DNA from: Anolis carolinensis
Lineage: Eukaryota
Assembly (NCBI RefSeq): GCF_035594765.1
Contig: NC_085842.1
Coordinates: 91,054,782 to 91,118,781, forward strand
Direction: 5' to 3'
Length of the DNA: 64,000 nucleotides
A program made the position numbers and the translations under genes. Under the pieces are notes generated by a model. The model had not been told where the DNA came from and ran no database searches. It saw nothing but the letters and a program-made list of their open reading frames with translations. Positions 19,229 to 34,203 of the stretch are shown one piece after another (position 1 is the first letter of the stretch; every line of letters starts with the position of its first letter).

Positions 19229-21041
19229 TGTTTGCCACTTTTTCTCATGGCTTGAGATTCTTAGAACTCTAAAGGGATTGTAAAGGGAGATGCAATCTGG
19301 CAAGAATGACTATGTTCAGAAATGCCTTAATCATAGATGATAGACCCAACATTGTTAAGATAAAAATTACCACAAGTATTTTTAAGGATCTAGTTTCCTT
19401 CATTTTTGTTTTCACTGTAGCCTTATTAGTAGATGAATATTTCTCAAGCATCAAATAGAATTCTCCAACATCAATCTCAGTAGTTTAGGGGGTTATTAGC
19501 AATCGGGTTATGCCTCGCATCAGAAATGTGGAGATTGCAGGCTGCAGTTTATTTGATTATCTATGTAGAGCTCTTAACAATCAATCCCTTGTTCCTCTTC
19601 CTATCTACATTGCAATTCTTTCAATTTTAAAAATGGGGAGATGAAGCTGAGAGGCAGAAGCTTGGACAGTGAAACTATGTTTAAGATGGAGTACAGTCTC
19701 AAGATTTGCAGCTTTGTTTCTGCTAAATACACCCAGTATTTCTTGCCAGTATGCTTTCTTCTAATTACTTATAAATGATGAAGTGCAAAGTTTCTTAGAT
19801 GACTGAATCATTGTGTTTTCTAAGCAGTCCTGAACTCATACTCCACCGCTCTTTCTTAAAGGAATGCCTTTAACTGAAAAATATATGGTTGTCTTATACT
19901 TGTTTTCCTTTATCTGTGCCTTCACTTTGGTTTCTGAACTTCATTAATGAGTTTAAAAATTATATGTGATCTCATCTTTTCATGTTTGTTTTATAAATCC
20001 TATGAATTTGGTTTTATTGCACACATAGTAGTAGTGAGCAGCTTTTAAAATTCGCATGAGGGAGAACATAGGTTTTTCAACTATACCTTACTTTCAGATT
20101 ACTCTCTATAAATAGTTGTCACTACTGGCCAGAGTCCTGCTCATTAATATGTCATGTGCTAATAAGTATTTTATAAGAAAGTAAAGAGAACTCATCAATT
20201 TTGTCATCCTCAGCTGGAACACTATTTTGATATTCCATTAAAAAACATTGATCAATATTTTTTCCATTTTAAATTTTGTTTCAGAAAAAAATGGTTTCAT
20301 TATAAACAAAATACCTGTAAATAACAGTGTTTTTCAAAAAGTCCTGAAATATGAAAAAGTCACCAACAATGGTGTCCAAAACATTGTAATACCTTCCAGC
20401 AGGTAGAAACTTCAGAAATTTATGCTTTTATACATGAATGAAATATGAAGATTTGCATCCCTAATATTTGACATGAGGTCATTATCATTGGCTAGACTGC
20501 TGAGCCAGCTGAGGACTCTATGACAATAACTAGCAACATGCACTCCCCCCCCCCCCCCCTGCTCTTCATATGCTATATTTCTTGGGAGTTTTGGAGCAAC
20601 CAATAATGGCTGCAGAAAGGGCAGAATTGTTCGTTTCCTATCTTAAAAGCACGCCATGTATTTTATAAGAAAATATACATGGTTCTGTTTTCAAATGGGA
20701 TCAAATACACAATAGAATCTGCATGCATGAGCAGCTGTTTTGTATCCTAAAGCCTCCACAATAAAAAAATCCAAGATTATGAAAATGGAAAAACTTGAAA
20801 AGCAGAGTAGAGAACATTTGACCAAATGAATTTCATCAAGCTGACCATAATTGTTTCTTACTAAAAAGCTATTTATAAAATCAAAACTTGTCACCTTTTC
20901 ACAGATACTCATACCACAGACTCACATTAAAACTCAAACAGTATTTGAACCCTAACTTAACGGTCATTGCTGATTTAAGTGAAAAAGGTATTGCTCTTTG
21001 ATAAATTTGCCAATAGAGGGCTTTGTCTCATTGCTTATTAG

Positions 21042-21266
<225 letters not shown>

Positions 21267-22522
21267 TAGGATCAGTGCTTGGACTGGGAAGTGGAATCTT
21301 TCCTACTGCCTTTGTTCCATTGTTGATGCATTCAGGTCTTCTCTGTGGAGTCTGCATACATTATTGTTTGTACAGTGCCGTTTTTGCAGGATAAATCACA
21401 CTGCATGCCAATGAAGCTTCCATTATGTTACATGCATACACTTTAATGGTGGGTAGATTTCAAAATATGTAGATGTGAGCTTACAACTTCAGGTATGTAG
21501 ATCAGTACAAGTGTAGTTATTCAGTCAGGGTTTTTGTTTGTTTGCATGTTAGCTTCCAATTTCCCACATATTCTCAATTTTGGCAAGCTTTTGTGCTGCC
21601 ATACCTATAGTTCCGATTTAAGCTCAGTAATGGGAGAGTAGTCAATTGTATTGAAACACAAACTTTCCATTTGTGCACACAGATACATAATTTAGTAACT
21701 TATTAAAAATAGTCCTATTCTGTTCCTTTGACTATATTTTATTTCCCTTATTTAGACATGTATTTTATTCATGCCAAATTTTTACACTCCCCTCTCAAAA
21801 GACAACTAAACAACAAAGGTCTTTTGAAAAAGCAGAGGGCTCTTTTTCAAGCAAGATTTGGTAGCATATTTTTCCAGCAGCTGGAATAGTCATAGGTTAT
21901 AAAGTTTGGCTTCATAACACTGTAATTTAAAGATACGTTTTAGTATATGGATGCTATGGCCACTCACTCATGACATTTTACCTACATGCATAAGCAGGAT
22001 TTATGAGGCAGGGGCAACAAAAACAACATATACATTATAATAAGTGACAATTTTGCATGTCTGTATTTCCATATGTATGCCAATTGAGAAACTGTTGTCA
22101 CTGACATTTAGGCCATTCTTATAGATGATAATATTATATGATAAAGTAGCAAAAATGCTATCAGTGTTGTAAGGGAAATATATACTTAAAAAATAAAAAG
22201 AAAGATAAAAAGTTTAAAGCTATTGCTGGCTCAACTTTGAGTAGTCAAAAGGACTTTAGGTTTCCTGTGTTGTAACTGCTCCCAAAAACTGAAATAAAAT
22301 AAAGGATGTAAAAAACAAATGAACACTTAGCCTTGAGAATTCCTCATAGGATGGCAAGTTCAGAAGCTCAAGCCATCAGAGTTGCTTGAAAACTCATATC
22401 TGCTCTAATGTCTATCTAAGCTACTGCCTCAGCTGTCATCATCTCAATGCACACCATGGATGAAGCTTTGTATTTTTGCCTCAGATGTTGCGTTAGAATC
22501 TAGACTTCAGAACTCTGAGTGA

Positions 22523-23975
22523 TTGTTGTTGGTACAAGCCTTCAAATCAGTTTTGACATACGGCAACTCTATGAATGAGAGACTTCTAAATCACCTTATC
22601 CTCAACAGGTTTTGCAGATGCAGGGCCATGGCTCCCCATGAGTGAGTGTCTCCATCTGGCAGATGGCCTTCCTCTTTTTCTATTGTCTTCAAACTTATCA
22701 AGCATTATCATATTTTCTACTGAATCATGTCTTCTTATGATATTGCCAAAGTACAACATTTTAATCAAATTGGCTTCTAGGATGTGTTCAGGGCCAATAC
22801 CTATAAAACCCTATACACTTTGGGTCCAACCTATCTTCAGGACTGCATCTCTTTCTATGAACTGGTTGTGGGCACTGAGATCTGCTGGGGAGGCCCTTTT
22901 CTCAGTTCCACCATCATCTCAAGTACAGTTGGTGGGGATGAGAGAGAGGGCTTTCTTGGTGGTGGTTCCCTGACTCTGGCATATCCTTCCTAAAGAAATT
23001 AGATTAGCCCCCAGTCTTCAAGCCCTTTGGGTGAGTTTAAAAACATGGCTCTTCAGACTGGCCTTTGACCCTATGTAATCTATAGTTAGCTCGATGAGCC
23101 ACCGACTGCAGATAGCCAGCTTTATTCACAGGTTCTACTGCGTTTTAGTCCACGGAATCCTCAAAACTCTTATTTAGCACCATACCTTAAATGAGCTGAT
23201 TTTCTTCTTATTGTCTTTTTTCTCTGTCTGGCTTTCACAGCCATACATGGAAATGGGAAATGTGGCATGGACTATCCTATCTTTTATATTCAGTGATATA
23301 CCTTTACACTTCAAGATCTTGACTAGTTCCTTCATAGCTGCTCTTCCACATCCTAGCCTTTCTCTGATTTTTTTCAGTGCAGCCTCCATTCGCTTTAATG
23401 CCTGAGTTAAGGTATGGAACATCTAGAACTATTTCAATGTCTTCATCATCTATTTTAAAGTTCTGTTAATTATCTGTAGTCATACTTTTTGCTTAATGTT
23501 CAATAGAAAATCTACCTTTGCACTTTCTCTCGTTGACTTTCATCAATAATTGTTCCAATTAGTTGCAGTTTTCTGCATATGGTGTCAGCTCCATATCTTA
23601 GATTGTTGGTGCTTTTCCCTCCAATTTTCACACCTCCTTCCTCCAAATCTAATCCTGCTTTATGTATGATGTTTTTTGGCATTCAAGCTGAACAGATATG
23701 AAATGTAGCTTTTTCTGATCTCCTTGCCCATTTGAAGCCATTCTATTTATTTGCGTTTTGTCCTAAATATAGCCAGTTTTTCGGAGTACAATTTACACAT
23801 CAAGACAATCAGATGTGGCACATCCATCTCATTAAGAGCAATTCATAGCTTTCCATGATCTACAAAATAAAAGTCTTTGCCACAGTCTGTATGGCACAGG
23901 ATGAGTTTCTTTTAGAATTCTTTGGTTCTCTCCATTATCCAGTGTATGTTTGTGATATGATCTCTAGTTATACAA
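22523..23975 (-). mobile_element. Decayed RTE-clade LINE, interrupted by an L2 fragment
   Basis: Minus-strand translations YFGNIIRR...RKRGRPSARW and FPISMYGCES...FKVWC are typical RTE ORF C-terminal motifs. Boundaries approximate. Confidence 0.75.
22785..23080 (+). mobile_element. L2 3' fragment nested in the RTE
   Basis: LRSAGEALFSVPP...RERAF motif shared with the other L2 copies in the window. Confidence 0.75.
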
Positions 23976-24841
23976 GCTTCTAAAACAACTTTTATGCCAT
24001 GTCTGAACCAGCCATCTACTTAAGGGTATCTCTGAGTTCAAAGTCATTGGCATACTGCTACCTTTTTTTAAAGAAATCTGAGATACATTCAGATATTTGG
24101 ATTTATACTTTTTGAAATTAATAAATGCTAAATCTTAGATGGAACTTAAAAACCGGCAGGTCTTCAGATGGTATTAGACTCTAACTCCCATCAGACTCCA
24201 GAGTCAAACACTGAAACTCTTATACAGGCCTGCATAGCCTGTGGCCCTCCAGGTGTTTTGGACTTCAGCCTGCATAAGGGAAGGTGCGTGGACTGCCTCG
24301 TGGTGCTCCATGTGGCCTCCCGCCTTCCCTCATCACATGATAGGAAAGTTGGTGCCCTGTCCCCATCAGAATTGGGAGGATGCTGATGGAGGAATGGAGA
24401 AATACAGATTTTCAACAGTATAAAAAGTCAAAGCCCTCATATCCTCTGCTATATTATAAACCTGGGTCAGGATTTCTGAGGACCAGTGTTTCATTTTCTG
24501 AAGCAATTGCACGGCACTTATATTGTTGTTATTATTGTGTCTTCTTGTTGTTATTGTTATTATATAGTGGCTTTTTCCTAGTTCAGGAAACAAGATGCCT
24601 TCCAAATGATTTAAAAAAAACAGACAAACACAGTTTCACAAAATGAAAAATCTGAAAAATGATTAAAGCTATAAGAAATTAAAACCACAAACCATTAAAA
24701 ACACAAAAAGCAGTAATAGTCAAACAATTATAACAAATAGTTGGTCCTCTTACAATCCATCTTCAAAGACTTGTCAAAACAGAGGGATCTTCACCTGTCC
24801 ACGGAAAGAGAGTAGTGAGGTTACTAGTCTAATGTCACTGG

Positions 24842-24990
24842 GAATGCATTTACACTGTAGAATGAATGCCGTTTGACACCACTTTAACTGCAGTGGCTTT
24901 GTAAAACTACCAACGACCATGATTCCATAGCATTGAGTCATTCCAGTTCAAGTGGTGTCAGACTGATTCATTCTACAGTGTAAAAATGTA
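24842..24990. mobile_element. Palindromic MITE inside a reversed L2 remnant
   Basis: catttacactgtagaatgaat ... attcattctacagtgtaaaaatg inverted arms. Confidence 0.7.
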
Positions 24991-25667
24991 CTCTGGGAAA
25001 GAGGTTTTAATGTCTGGGAACAGACATTAGTAAGGCCCTCTCTCATTTTCCCACCAGATGTAACTGTGACAGTGTTGGGAGAGAGAGGAGTGTCCTCTCA
25101 CTATCACTTTAATGGTGATCTAAAGACAAAATAAATGCAAAAAGGCTTTCATGATCCATATAGAGGTAGGATCATATTCCTAAATGATAATGGAATTTCA
25201 TGCCAAGCCACACTTGTCATCAGGGCAAGATTAGGAAGTATGTTCAGTTTGCTAGTCCACAAAGTCTGAAATCAGGAACCATGCTAAAACGTTGCATGAG
25301 AAATGAAACGTCTGAGAAATGAAAGTCAGAATCCTATTCAAAGTGCTGGCAAAGAGCTCTTGTCTTTTTGAAGTCTGCAGAAATATATACATTCTAGTGC
25401 ATTTTCTAAGTGGGTCAGTGTTTGCTCAGCAAATGATCAGAGCAGATGGTGTAATTTAGAATCTATGGCAAACTTTAATATATGAAGGCCAGCAAGAACA
25501 GCATATATCTCTTTGTTTTATCATCTCCACCTTTAAAATGTTCTCCCAAAGTCTCAGAGGGGCAATTATGTATTTGTCAGCACTCTAGGAGCAAGTGACA
25601 AAATAATTGTGATGTTTTCCGTGGTTGGTTATAATGATTGTTTACTGCTTGTCAAAATTCAAAGCCA

Positions 25668-25893
25668 TAGCCATGTTAGTTTGGATCAGTATACAAAGGG
25701 ATCTTGTAGCACACTTGAAAGTAAGTGAGAGAGAAATTGGTAGCATAAGCCTTTGTAGACTTAAGTCTACTTCACCAGATGCACTTTCCTTCATGGTCAA
25801 TAGAAAAAGTAGACCTGTGTCTATAAAGACTTACACTACTATCTTCTTTCTTTCAGTCAATCTCTAAGGAGCTACAAGATCCCTTTACATACT
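25668..25893. mobile_element. Inverted-repeat remnant, probably Penelope-like
   Basis: agtatacaaagggatcttgtagc / gctacaagatccctttacatact inverted arms; family assignment from recalled similarity only. Confidence 0.55.
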
Positions 25894-28800
25894 CCCCTAG
25901 AATGCCAATACACAAAAAATGTCCCTGGATCGTTTGATTTTGCCAACTTCTGGCAAAACATATTGATCAATCTGTAAGTTTCGATCAGACCACAATATGA
26001 ATCAAGCATTGCAATCTGCCTTAAGCAAACTCATTTGATAGAGTGTTGTCTGTACTAGCAGCAGCTCACTAGTATTTCAGGAAAGGGTCTCAGCTCTCCA
26101 TTCCAGGAATTGAACTTGTGACCTCATGCATATAAAGTATGTGTGTGCTGTGACTGACTTGTGGTCCTTCCCCTTGACTGCACCACAAATATGTGCTGGT
26201 CTTTAAATTCATGTATTTACACACAAACACAATGAAATAATGAAGCCAGTGGAAGGATACTAGCCCTGCCTCTGGGTTTTCTTCTAATATCATATAGATA
26301 TAGGTATAGATGATATACATGATATTGATATAGATATAGATATAACACACACATATACACAGAGTTCAGTTTTGAAGATTGCCACAAAAACTGCATTTGT
26401 GTATTTTCCCCCATGGAGCTGAAAATATCAAGCAAATTGATCCGGTGGGAGTAATAAATACACATTACTTTATCTTGTACTTCATGTCTTATACCCCTGA
26501 GCCTTGATAGAACAACACCACTTAATAGACTTAAAAAAAGAGTAATTACAGTCATTGGCTGTGTGATTTTTCAGCCCTTCCAGCCCTGCCTGACCTTCTA
26601 ATTTAGCTCACCGTGTCTAACTAATGCATTTATATTCATCTTTTATGAAGCATGTGTAGTACAAAATTGACTTTGGAGCCTTTAGCAAGCTATCTTACTA
26701 GGTTGAGAATCTGGTTAGTCTTACATTCTATATTTTGTGTGTGTGTGTGTGAGAGGGGGGGAGAGGGAGATGCTGCTTTGTGATTTTGTTCAATTATTTC
26801 TTTTATGTTTTGAAAAAAATATAAATAGCATTTATCCTACTTTCCAACAACCTTTTGAAAAATTGCTACGCATCCCATTCTTATTTACAGCCAAACATGC
26901 ATACAAAAAGATGCAAGTGTTTTTAAAATGATTACCACTAATGTTTCTGCTTGTCAAGAGTGCTTAAATTTCCCTGCACTTTGTCTTAGAACTTATCACT
27001 GTTACCTTTTAAGCATTGCTGTTATAGAAGATCATCTGGGGCTGATTTGTAAACATGGCTGACAGTTTATGATGAATGATCTCGCAAAGCGTTCAGTGTG
27101 CCTCTTTGTCACATCCGCATATGTACATGTTCAGAAGCGGATTAAGGGAAGACTAGAGGAATCCCCGCTCTGAAAGAACCCTTGAGCTAGAGAGCACACA
27201 GACAAATCTCTTTCCTGTGCTTTCTCGTAACTTCCTACTCAGTTCACTCATCCAGTGGAGCCCAATTGTTCTCTGTGCATTTCTTTTCTCACCATATGGT
27301 ATCCTCATTACCATACTCTAAGGGTCCATATGGGGAACTTGTGAAGTGAACTGTATTTATTTTAACTGCCAGATGAGCAGCCTTTTGCTTTGCAAGCTTA
27401 GCTTAAGTCATCTGCTGCCTTTAGGTTGTTATGGCAACACAGTACCAATAAAAAATTCTAATCTACTGTAAGTATCTTGGATCACAGTATTTTAAATGCT
27501 TGCCGTAACTGTCCTCTAAAGTGAGGATGCTTGTTCTTTTTAGTATGACAAAGAGTTATTACCAGCTCCAGCAGGTGGCAGTGAAGAAATTATCCTCCTC
27601 CCCCTCTCCAAAGAAGTCATATAATTACAAACTAGCATTACACATTCATTTGTCAACTGTTCCTCTGAATTTTGTTAGAAGAAAAGCCCTTATTTTCCAT
27701 TAGATGTATAACAATGCCATCAGAAAAGCATTGGCTAAAACCAGGCTTGAAGCAGACCTTGTTGGAATTGTGAAGCTTCAATAAACGAGAAGTCCAATGG
27801 CCTCTGTGTGTGTTCGTTCCCCCCACTCTCTGAATTACTCATCCTAACACCAGGCTAATTAAGGGTACCTTAAAGTAGGCAGTCACAACCTTAAATATAA
27901 ATCATTTTCACATCCACAGGCCACATGATACGTTGCATAGCTGTCTCCCCGACTATATTGAAAGTGAATGTTTGTAGTCTCACTTCATCAGTTCACATTA
28001 GCCTCATGCTGAATATTTAAACACAGAACAATTTGAACACACCATGAAGAGATGCACTTTCCGTTGGAACTGCAAAGGCTCATCCAATAATAATTTAGTA
28101 AATCAGCCATTTAGTGGCTCACTTGTACTCTGCATTGTGCCAAATGCGATTCAGCTCAACTGTGCATGCCAGCTAAAACTGAAATTCAGACTCTAGTCAC
28201 GTGGCGGCACTCTGTTGTTCATTGGAGAAATGAAACAGAAAATCTTCTTTCTAACAGAGTGTTTGTGCTTGGTGAATTATCGTAAATGAAGCAGAGTGAC
28301 AAACACAAGGAGGATTCACTGCATGCTGTACCATCTATTCTAATTACCCTAATATTGTTCAAGAATGTTTGGGTATGTGTTCAATGAGCAGTTTAAATAT
28401 TGCAGTCATAGTCTTTAGTCATCCGCAAATATCAATAAGGAGCACTGGCTGAGCAGCAGTAAGAAAGAATAAATGGAATTTCTAGGTTTCAGCTAAATGA
28501 AAAGAACACTTTAGATTGGTACTCAGTTGGATAGATTTGAAAAATAGCTTGAGAGGCTGGCTGCTGCTATGAACACCCAAGAACACAAGGGTGTTTTTTT
28601 TACCACCCTTGAATAGTGTAGTACATGCTCTGCCTGTCTCATCATGAATAATACAAATGTTGTTTCAATGTCATACGTGCTAATTATTTAAGTTATTTAC
28701 ATTATTTATTGGCTGACCTACAACAAGAAATAAACATTAGCAGTGACTGTTTTCATGTGTTACTCTTTAAGAGGTGAAGACTAAAGATTGCCTGGATATT

Positions 28801-31624
28801 CAGATATTGTGCTAGGAAAATAAGGACTAAAGTAACGTTTACACTTTTTAAATGCCGTTAAAAGTAGCATATTATTATTGCATTCTTATTATGAAAAGCT
28901 AACATAAAATGGGTTACATAAGACAACTGTCTTGTGGATGTTCTTTCAATGTGGATTAGCACATATGTCAGATAGCCACATATCTGGCCATTCTTGCATA
29001 CATTGTAAATATTTTCAGGGACATAACCATCACATATATGTGAGAACTTCAACAGGATCTTGAACCCAATGCATGCAGGGTTCCATGCCACAAGAAAGTA
29101 TTGCAAATACGCCTGTCTATACAAAAGCAGGATATCTGCAGACTTTTCTACTATATAAATAGATGCTAGTAGTTATGTTCAATGTCCGAAGTATTTTGCT
29201 TGGTGCAGCTGCAACCAGATTTTAGAAGGCCTCCAAAAAATTTCTGAATTGGGCTTCAGGGAGCATTCACACATGAGATTTCAAAGTACTCGGGAAGATG
29301 ATTAAGGACATTTGTGAGACCTCTGTATATAAATCTCTAATAGTGAAATTGCTTTGTGACTGCAGCATGCACCATAGACTATGCAAGGCATAACATGCAC
29401 CTTGTAATGAACCTTCCCATTTCCAATGCTGGTGTAAAACTATTGTCCCATCGCTGCAGGCAGCCAGCTCTCCTTGTCCCTACTTTTTCTCAGCAGTAAC
29501 GGCAATGCCATACAATTGTCCCAGATCAGTATCTCTTTCACAAAACAACTTTCATACTCTGACTTCTACAAATTAAGTACTTCAGAACTGCCAGTCTTGG
29601 AAGTTATTTTTCAAGGAAGATATGCTTGAAACTATGAGGCTTAGGCTCTATCTTTGTCATTTGTGACATTCAAATCAGTTTCGTAATAGCACAGCCATGT
29701 AAAACTTCATTGTTGTGTACTGCAGCTAAATGTTATAAATAAAAAATGTGGTGAAATATGCAGATGAAATATTACCATTGCATAATTTTCTTAAGATGCT
29801 TCCAACTGCACCGTAAAAGGCTATTCCTTCTTGCTATCATTTTATGTCATTTTATGAAATGAGCAGGAAACAGTCCAATGACACCATTGTAATTCTTTTC
29901 TAAGAAACACAAGGATTCACACTCTATATTTAAGACTAACACTTGAAAGTTAGACCTTTTTGGTCAAGTGAATGTAATGTTTCTTTTATAAGAATTCTCA
30001 TAAATGAAATGAATGTGACCACTTGGAGACCATATTTGTGATCAATCTCTATAAAATCACCTGTCCCAACCAGGCTTTTTAGAATTATTGAATTAGCAGC
30101 TGTTACACTATTGCACATAGAGTGGTAATTGTAACCGTGAGTAAACATTACCAAGTCTAATTGGAAGTGAACAACTTGCTTGCAATATGATTTGAAACCA
30201 AATCATTAATTTCATAACATTTAGACTAATTTATTTGTTAACCTTCTAACAAAGTTCTTTGGTGGTATTAACTGCACCTCCAACAAAATCTCATGTCTTC
30301 TCTTTATTTCCATTGGTTTTCTTTTTCACTCAGACCATAACACCGCCCCAACTTGTGTTGTAAAAACCAGTCATTTAGCTTACAGTGATATAATTCTTTC
30401 AGACAGTAACATCCTCTAAGGATTACAGCATGAAAACTCACACTGCCTTTAAAACAGAGATGTATGCATTCTGACTTTGCTGTAACTATATCTGAAAGAA
30501 CATATCTGTATTTTAGGTGACGGAAAGCATACATAACCTGGATGACAGAGAGTATGCACATTAATTTTATTTTGTTAAGTTTTAGAAATATACAGTAATT
30601 TTAGTTTTTGTTCTCAATTGTTAGGTAGTTGTATGCATCCGGTGGATGTTACAATCTATTATAAAAATCCCAACAAAGGGTAGCTTGTCAAAATGCCCTT
30701 CAGTTGTTTGTATTACAAGATAATTAATGAAATAAAGGGCAAAAAAAACAGTGAAAATTTTGCCAGGATTTATGTGATTTCTCCCTTGAGCCATGCTTGG
30801 GTAAAATGCATAATATTGTTTTAGCCCAATCCCATTCGACCTCCTTGCAAATGTTCTCAGTGCTTGGCACCTTTGTTACCACTGAGTGAAGATGCAGTAG
30901 GAATATGAAATACAGTGATTGTTACCACACTGCTGAGCTCTATCTGGACTAATACCAGGTGCTTCTATATGCCCCCGATATTCTGAGAAAATTTAATTTA
31001 TTGGTCTGGGTAACTGCTTAAGACATCTGCTTAGTGAAATTAGTTACTGCCAGATTTTTAGGGCTCCTTAGATGTGTTCAAAAATTAATCATGTCTTTCT
31101 CTTGCTGATAATAAGAAAGTAAGTTGATGAAGTGCTTTAACAACATAAGGCAGGGAACACTCCAGTAAAATAGGTCTTCTTGAGTTGAAGCCTCTTGGTG
31201 TAATAAAATACTATTAAGTCCTTTGAACACAGAGTTATAAAACATAATTGTTACACATTTGGCATTTTATGCTTCCCTAGAAATTACCACTTGGTATCTA
31301 GATGTAAGCTGTGCTCTTTCTTTTCATTTCAATTGGGTCTGAAGTGGTCCTTTATTCTAATGAGCATACCTCTTTTCAGAGACTTTTGAAAAAATTATGC
31401 CTATGATAAAATGGAAGTGAATGTACTCATTTGTTGGGGTTACAAATGAGCAGACTTTTTTTAAAGCACTCTAATATGAAGCCTCCACAATATTATTTTA
31501 CTGTTGCAGTATTTTTTATGCATTCACGTCTGCCAAAAGTAGCAAAATACCATTATAGGTCAGAAATAATCAGGTTTGGGGTTTCCTACTTTTATAAGCC
31601 CCTCAAAGAAACGATTAACAGTTA

Positions 31625-31830
31625 TAATAATAATAATAATAAAACTTTATTTATACCCCGCCACCATCTCCCCAACGGGGACTCGGGGCGGCTTACATGG
31701 GGCCTTGCCCAGGACAATTCAATATAACAAAATATAAAAACAACATATCATAGTACAATTAACCAATACAATAGATAAAAATATGCAGTACAACACAAAA
31801 TCAAGAAAGCAATATAACAAGGGCGGGACA
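31625..31830 (-). mobile_element. L2 3' tail, reverse orientation
   Basis: Reverse complement of the tail at 15855-15978 (ggggactcggggcggcttacatgggg). Confidence 0.8.
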
Positions 31831-31857
31831 TCAGATAGTGAAACAGTTAGGTATCAT

Positions 31858-32672
31858 CAGAGCCGGTCCAAGGTAATTTTCAAGTGTAGGCGAACAGAAA
31901 TTTTGCCCCCCCCCCCCAAAAGAAAAAACCAATCACTGAAAAATAAAAGTGTTGGATAAGCAAAAATGTTTGATAATAAGGCGGGATTAAGGAAAAGCCT
32001 AAATAAACAACACTCTGAAAATGGGAAATCCAGACAGGAAGCAATCAGGGCCAACTAACACCCCCCCAACCAAGGATGCCCCCAGGGAGGAAGCCCCACT
32101 TGCCTTGCTTCCTAGACTTCCTACAGAGGAGGAGGCTGAGTTGGATGACCCAGTAGTCTGAATCAGTACAACTATTTCTGACAATGTATGTCAGATTTTC
32201 TCAAACTGACATTTTCCAGAAGTGCTGGACATTCATTACTGCCATCTCTGCCTTGCACATCCATTAGAAAGTGTAGATTCTATATCTCTGCTAAACTAGT
32301 TGCATACAGGTGTTAAAACTTTAATCCTTGGGAAAATGTACTTATAAATGAAGGCACTAGGACTTATTTAACAATTTCCCTCCTTTCTCATAAATGGGGC
32401 CAAAAGTGGCTCACCAATGAATTAAAACAAGCTCCATAAATTAAAAAGTAACAGTAGAAAATGAACATTCAATTAAATAAGTGTGTATGCATTAAATTAA
32501 CTCACCCAAGTTAGGTAAGATAAGCAATACTTACTTCACAGGCTTCCCAAAATCCATATTGTCTTCCTTGGCTCCTTTCTGCCGCAGGAGACAGGAGTTG
32601 CCTCAATGGCGCCCCCAACAACTTGGCGCCACAGGCAAATGCCTAGTTTGCCTGGTGGTAGAACCGCCTCTG
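31858..32672. mobile_element. Non-autonomous hAT transposon with captured internal fragments
   Basis: Termini CAGAGCCGGTCC / GAACCGCCTCTG; 8-bp TSD GGTATCAT (31850-31857 / 32673-32680). Confidence 0.85.
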
Positions 32673-33995
32673 GGTATCATCTAACAAGAATCTTCCTTCA
32701 ACTGAGTTTTGTATCTCACAAGATCTTTGGTGGCTACAAAGCTCTCCTTTAATGTATGCTCCTTTCTCATTTCAGTTTTAAACATTGCAGTTTCTCATTG
32801 CACAAAGGATTTGTAAATATTGCATTCCAGTTTTCAAGTCCAGTTATTAGAACATTTTGGACAAAGTACAGTAGAATCTAAGGACACAATCATAACACAG
32901 AGTTATTTCCCTTTGTTTCGCTACTGCTTCCTGTGTCCACTCCAGTGTGTTAAAAAGCAGAATAAGTGACCACCCCAAGGACATTGTGAACCTTCCATAT
33001 CCCAGTATTGCACACTTTTTATGTTTCCTTTCTCTGGAGTCAAGAATCTGTCCATCCTTTATCTGGCTACTATATATTTCTAATAATAAACTGCAGTTAT
33101 CTGCTTGGATTTATATATATATATATATTTGCTACTGTGGGGGGAAACAGGGTGCTCGTTTAAGGACTTCAGCACATGGAGGTCCTTAAGCCAGAGGACA
33201 GCAGGGACATTTGTGGGGCAGTGGGGCAAATTCATTGGGCAGTGGGGCAAATTGACAGGCAGTGCCCTGCATCACCCCCTTATCATCCCACACAGAAATC
33301 CATCTGTCCCCTGCTTGATCCCGCACTGCCCCCGGCCACTTTTATATATCATTTCTCTCATGCCATTGAAACTTAATCACAGATACAAGTTTCCCTATCT
33401 GTTGGATAAAGGAGTCAGAGAGCAATGACTTTTCCTAGAAGTGCCAATGCAGAAAAAAGGCTTGTGTGAAGTTGTATGGAGCAGAGGTATAAAAAAGAAA
33501 TTGTGTTTGGATAGAAGACGCAAAACAATTTATTATGTAGGCACATCAAAAAGTGTACCTGTCTCATTCTCCTTCAGTGAGAGTCAGTGGCAAACCTGAA
33601 CATAAATGATGCATACTCAATGCCTTATCTATGTATTTGTGAGGGATGTTGAGACCTTCTTGACAATCAGAACATCTAATTCTGCAACCAGGTGCTGTAG
33701 CTGGGTTTGTTTGTTTTTTCCAATTTCAGACAGCTTACATTCTCCTGACTCAAATTCTCATGATTACAACAATTACATTGTGGAATATTTTTGGAGACAG
33801 ACAAAAACAATGGGCTAAAGTGCTATTAATGATCAGTGTTCAGAATAGTAAACTATCTAAATAAGAATTTCTTTTCTGTTATGGCATTATCAGTCTTGTG
33901 ACTAAGAGATGGACACTTTGATTTATAATATATTATGGCTTGTTGCCTGCATGCATTTACATTTCAATGTTGAAAGATTTTGCTGTCTCACATAT

Positions 33996-34203
33996 GCAGT
34001 TTGAAAACATGCCAATGTGAGTAGATCAATAGGTACCGCTCCGGCGGGAAGGTAACGGCGCTCCATGCAGTCATGCCGGCCACATGACCTTGGAGGTGTC
34101 TACAGACAATGCCGGCTCTTCGGCTTAGAAATGGAGATGAGCACCAACCTCCCAGAGTCAGACATGACTGGACGTAACGTCAGGGGAAACCTTTACCTTT
34201 ACC
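33996..34203 (+). mobile_element. 5'-truncated Sauria-type SINE flanked by a 64-bp direct duplication
   Basis: Matches the 3' ~60% of 985-1323; flanks 33934-33997 and 34204-34267 have 3 mismatches. Confidence 0.9.
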
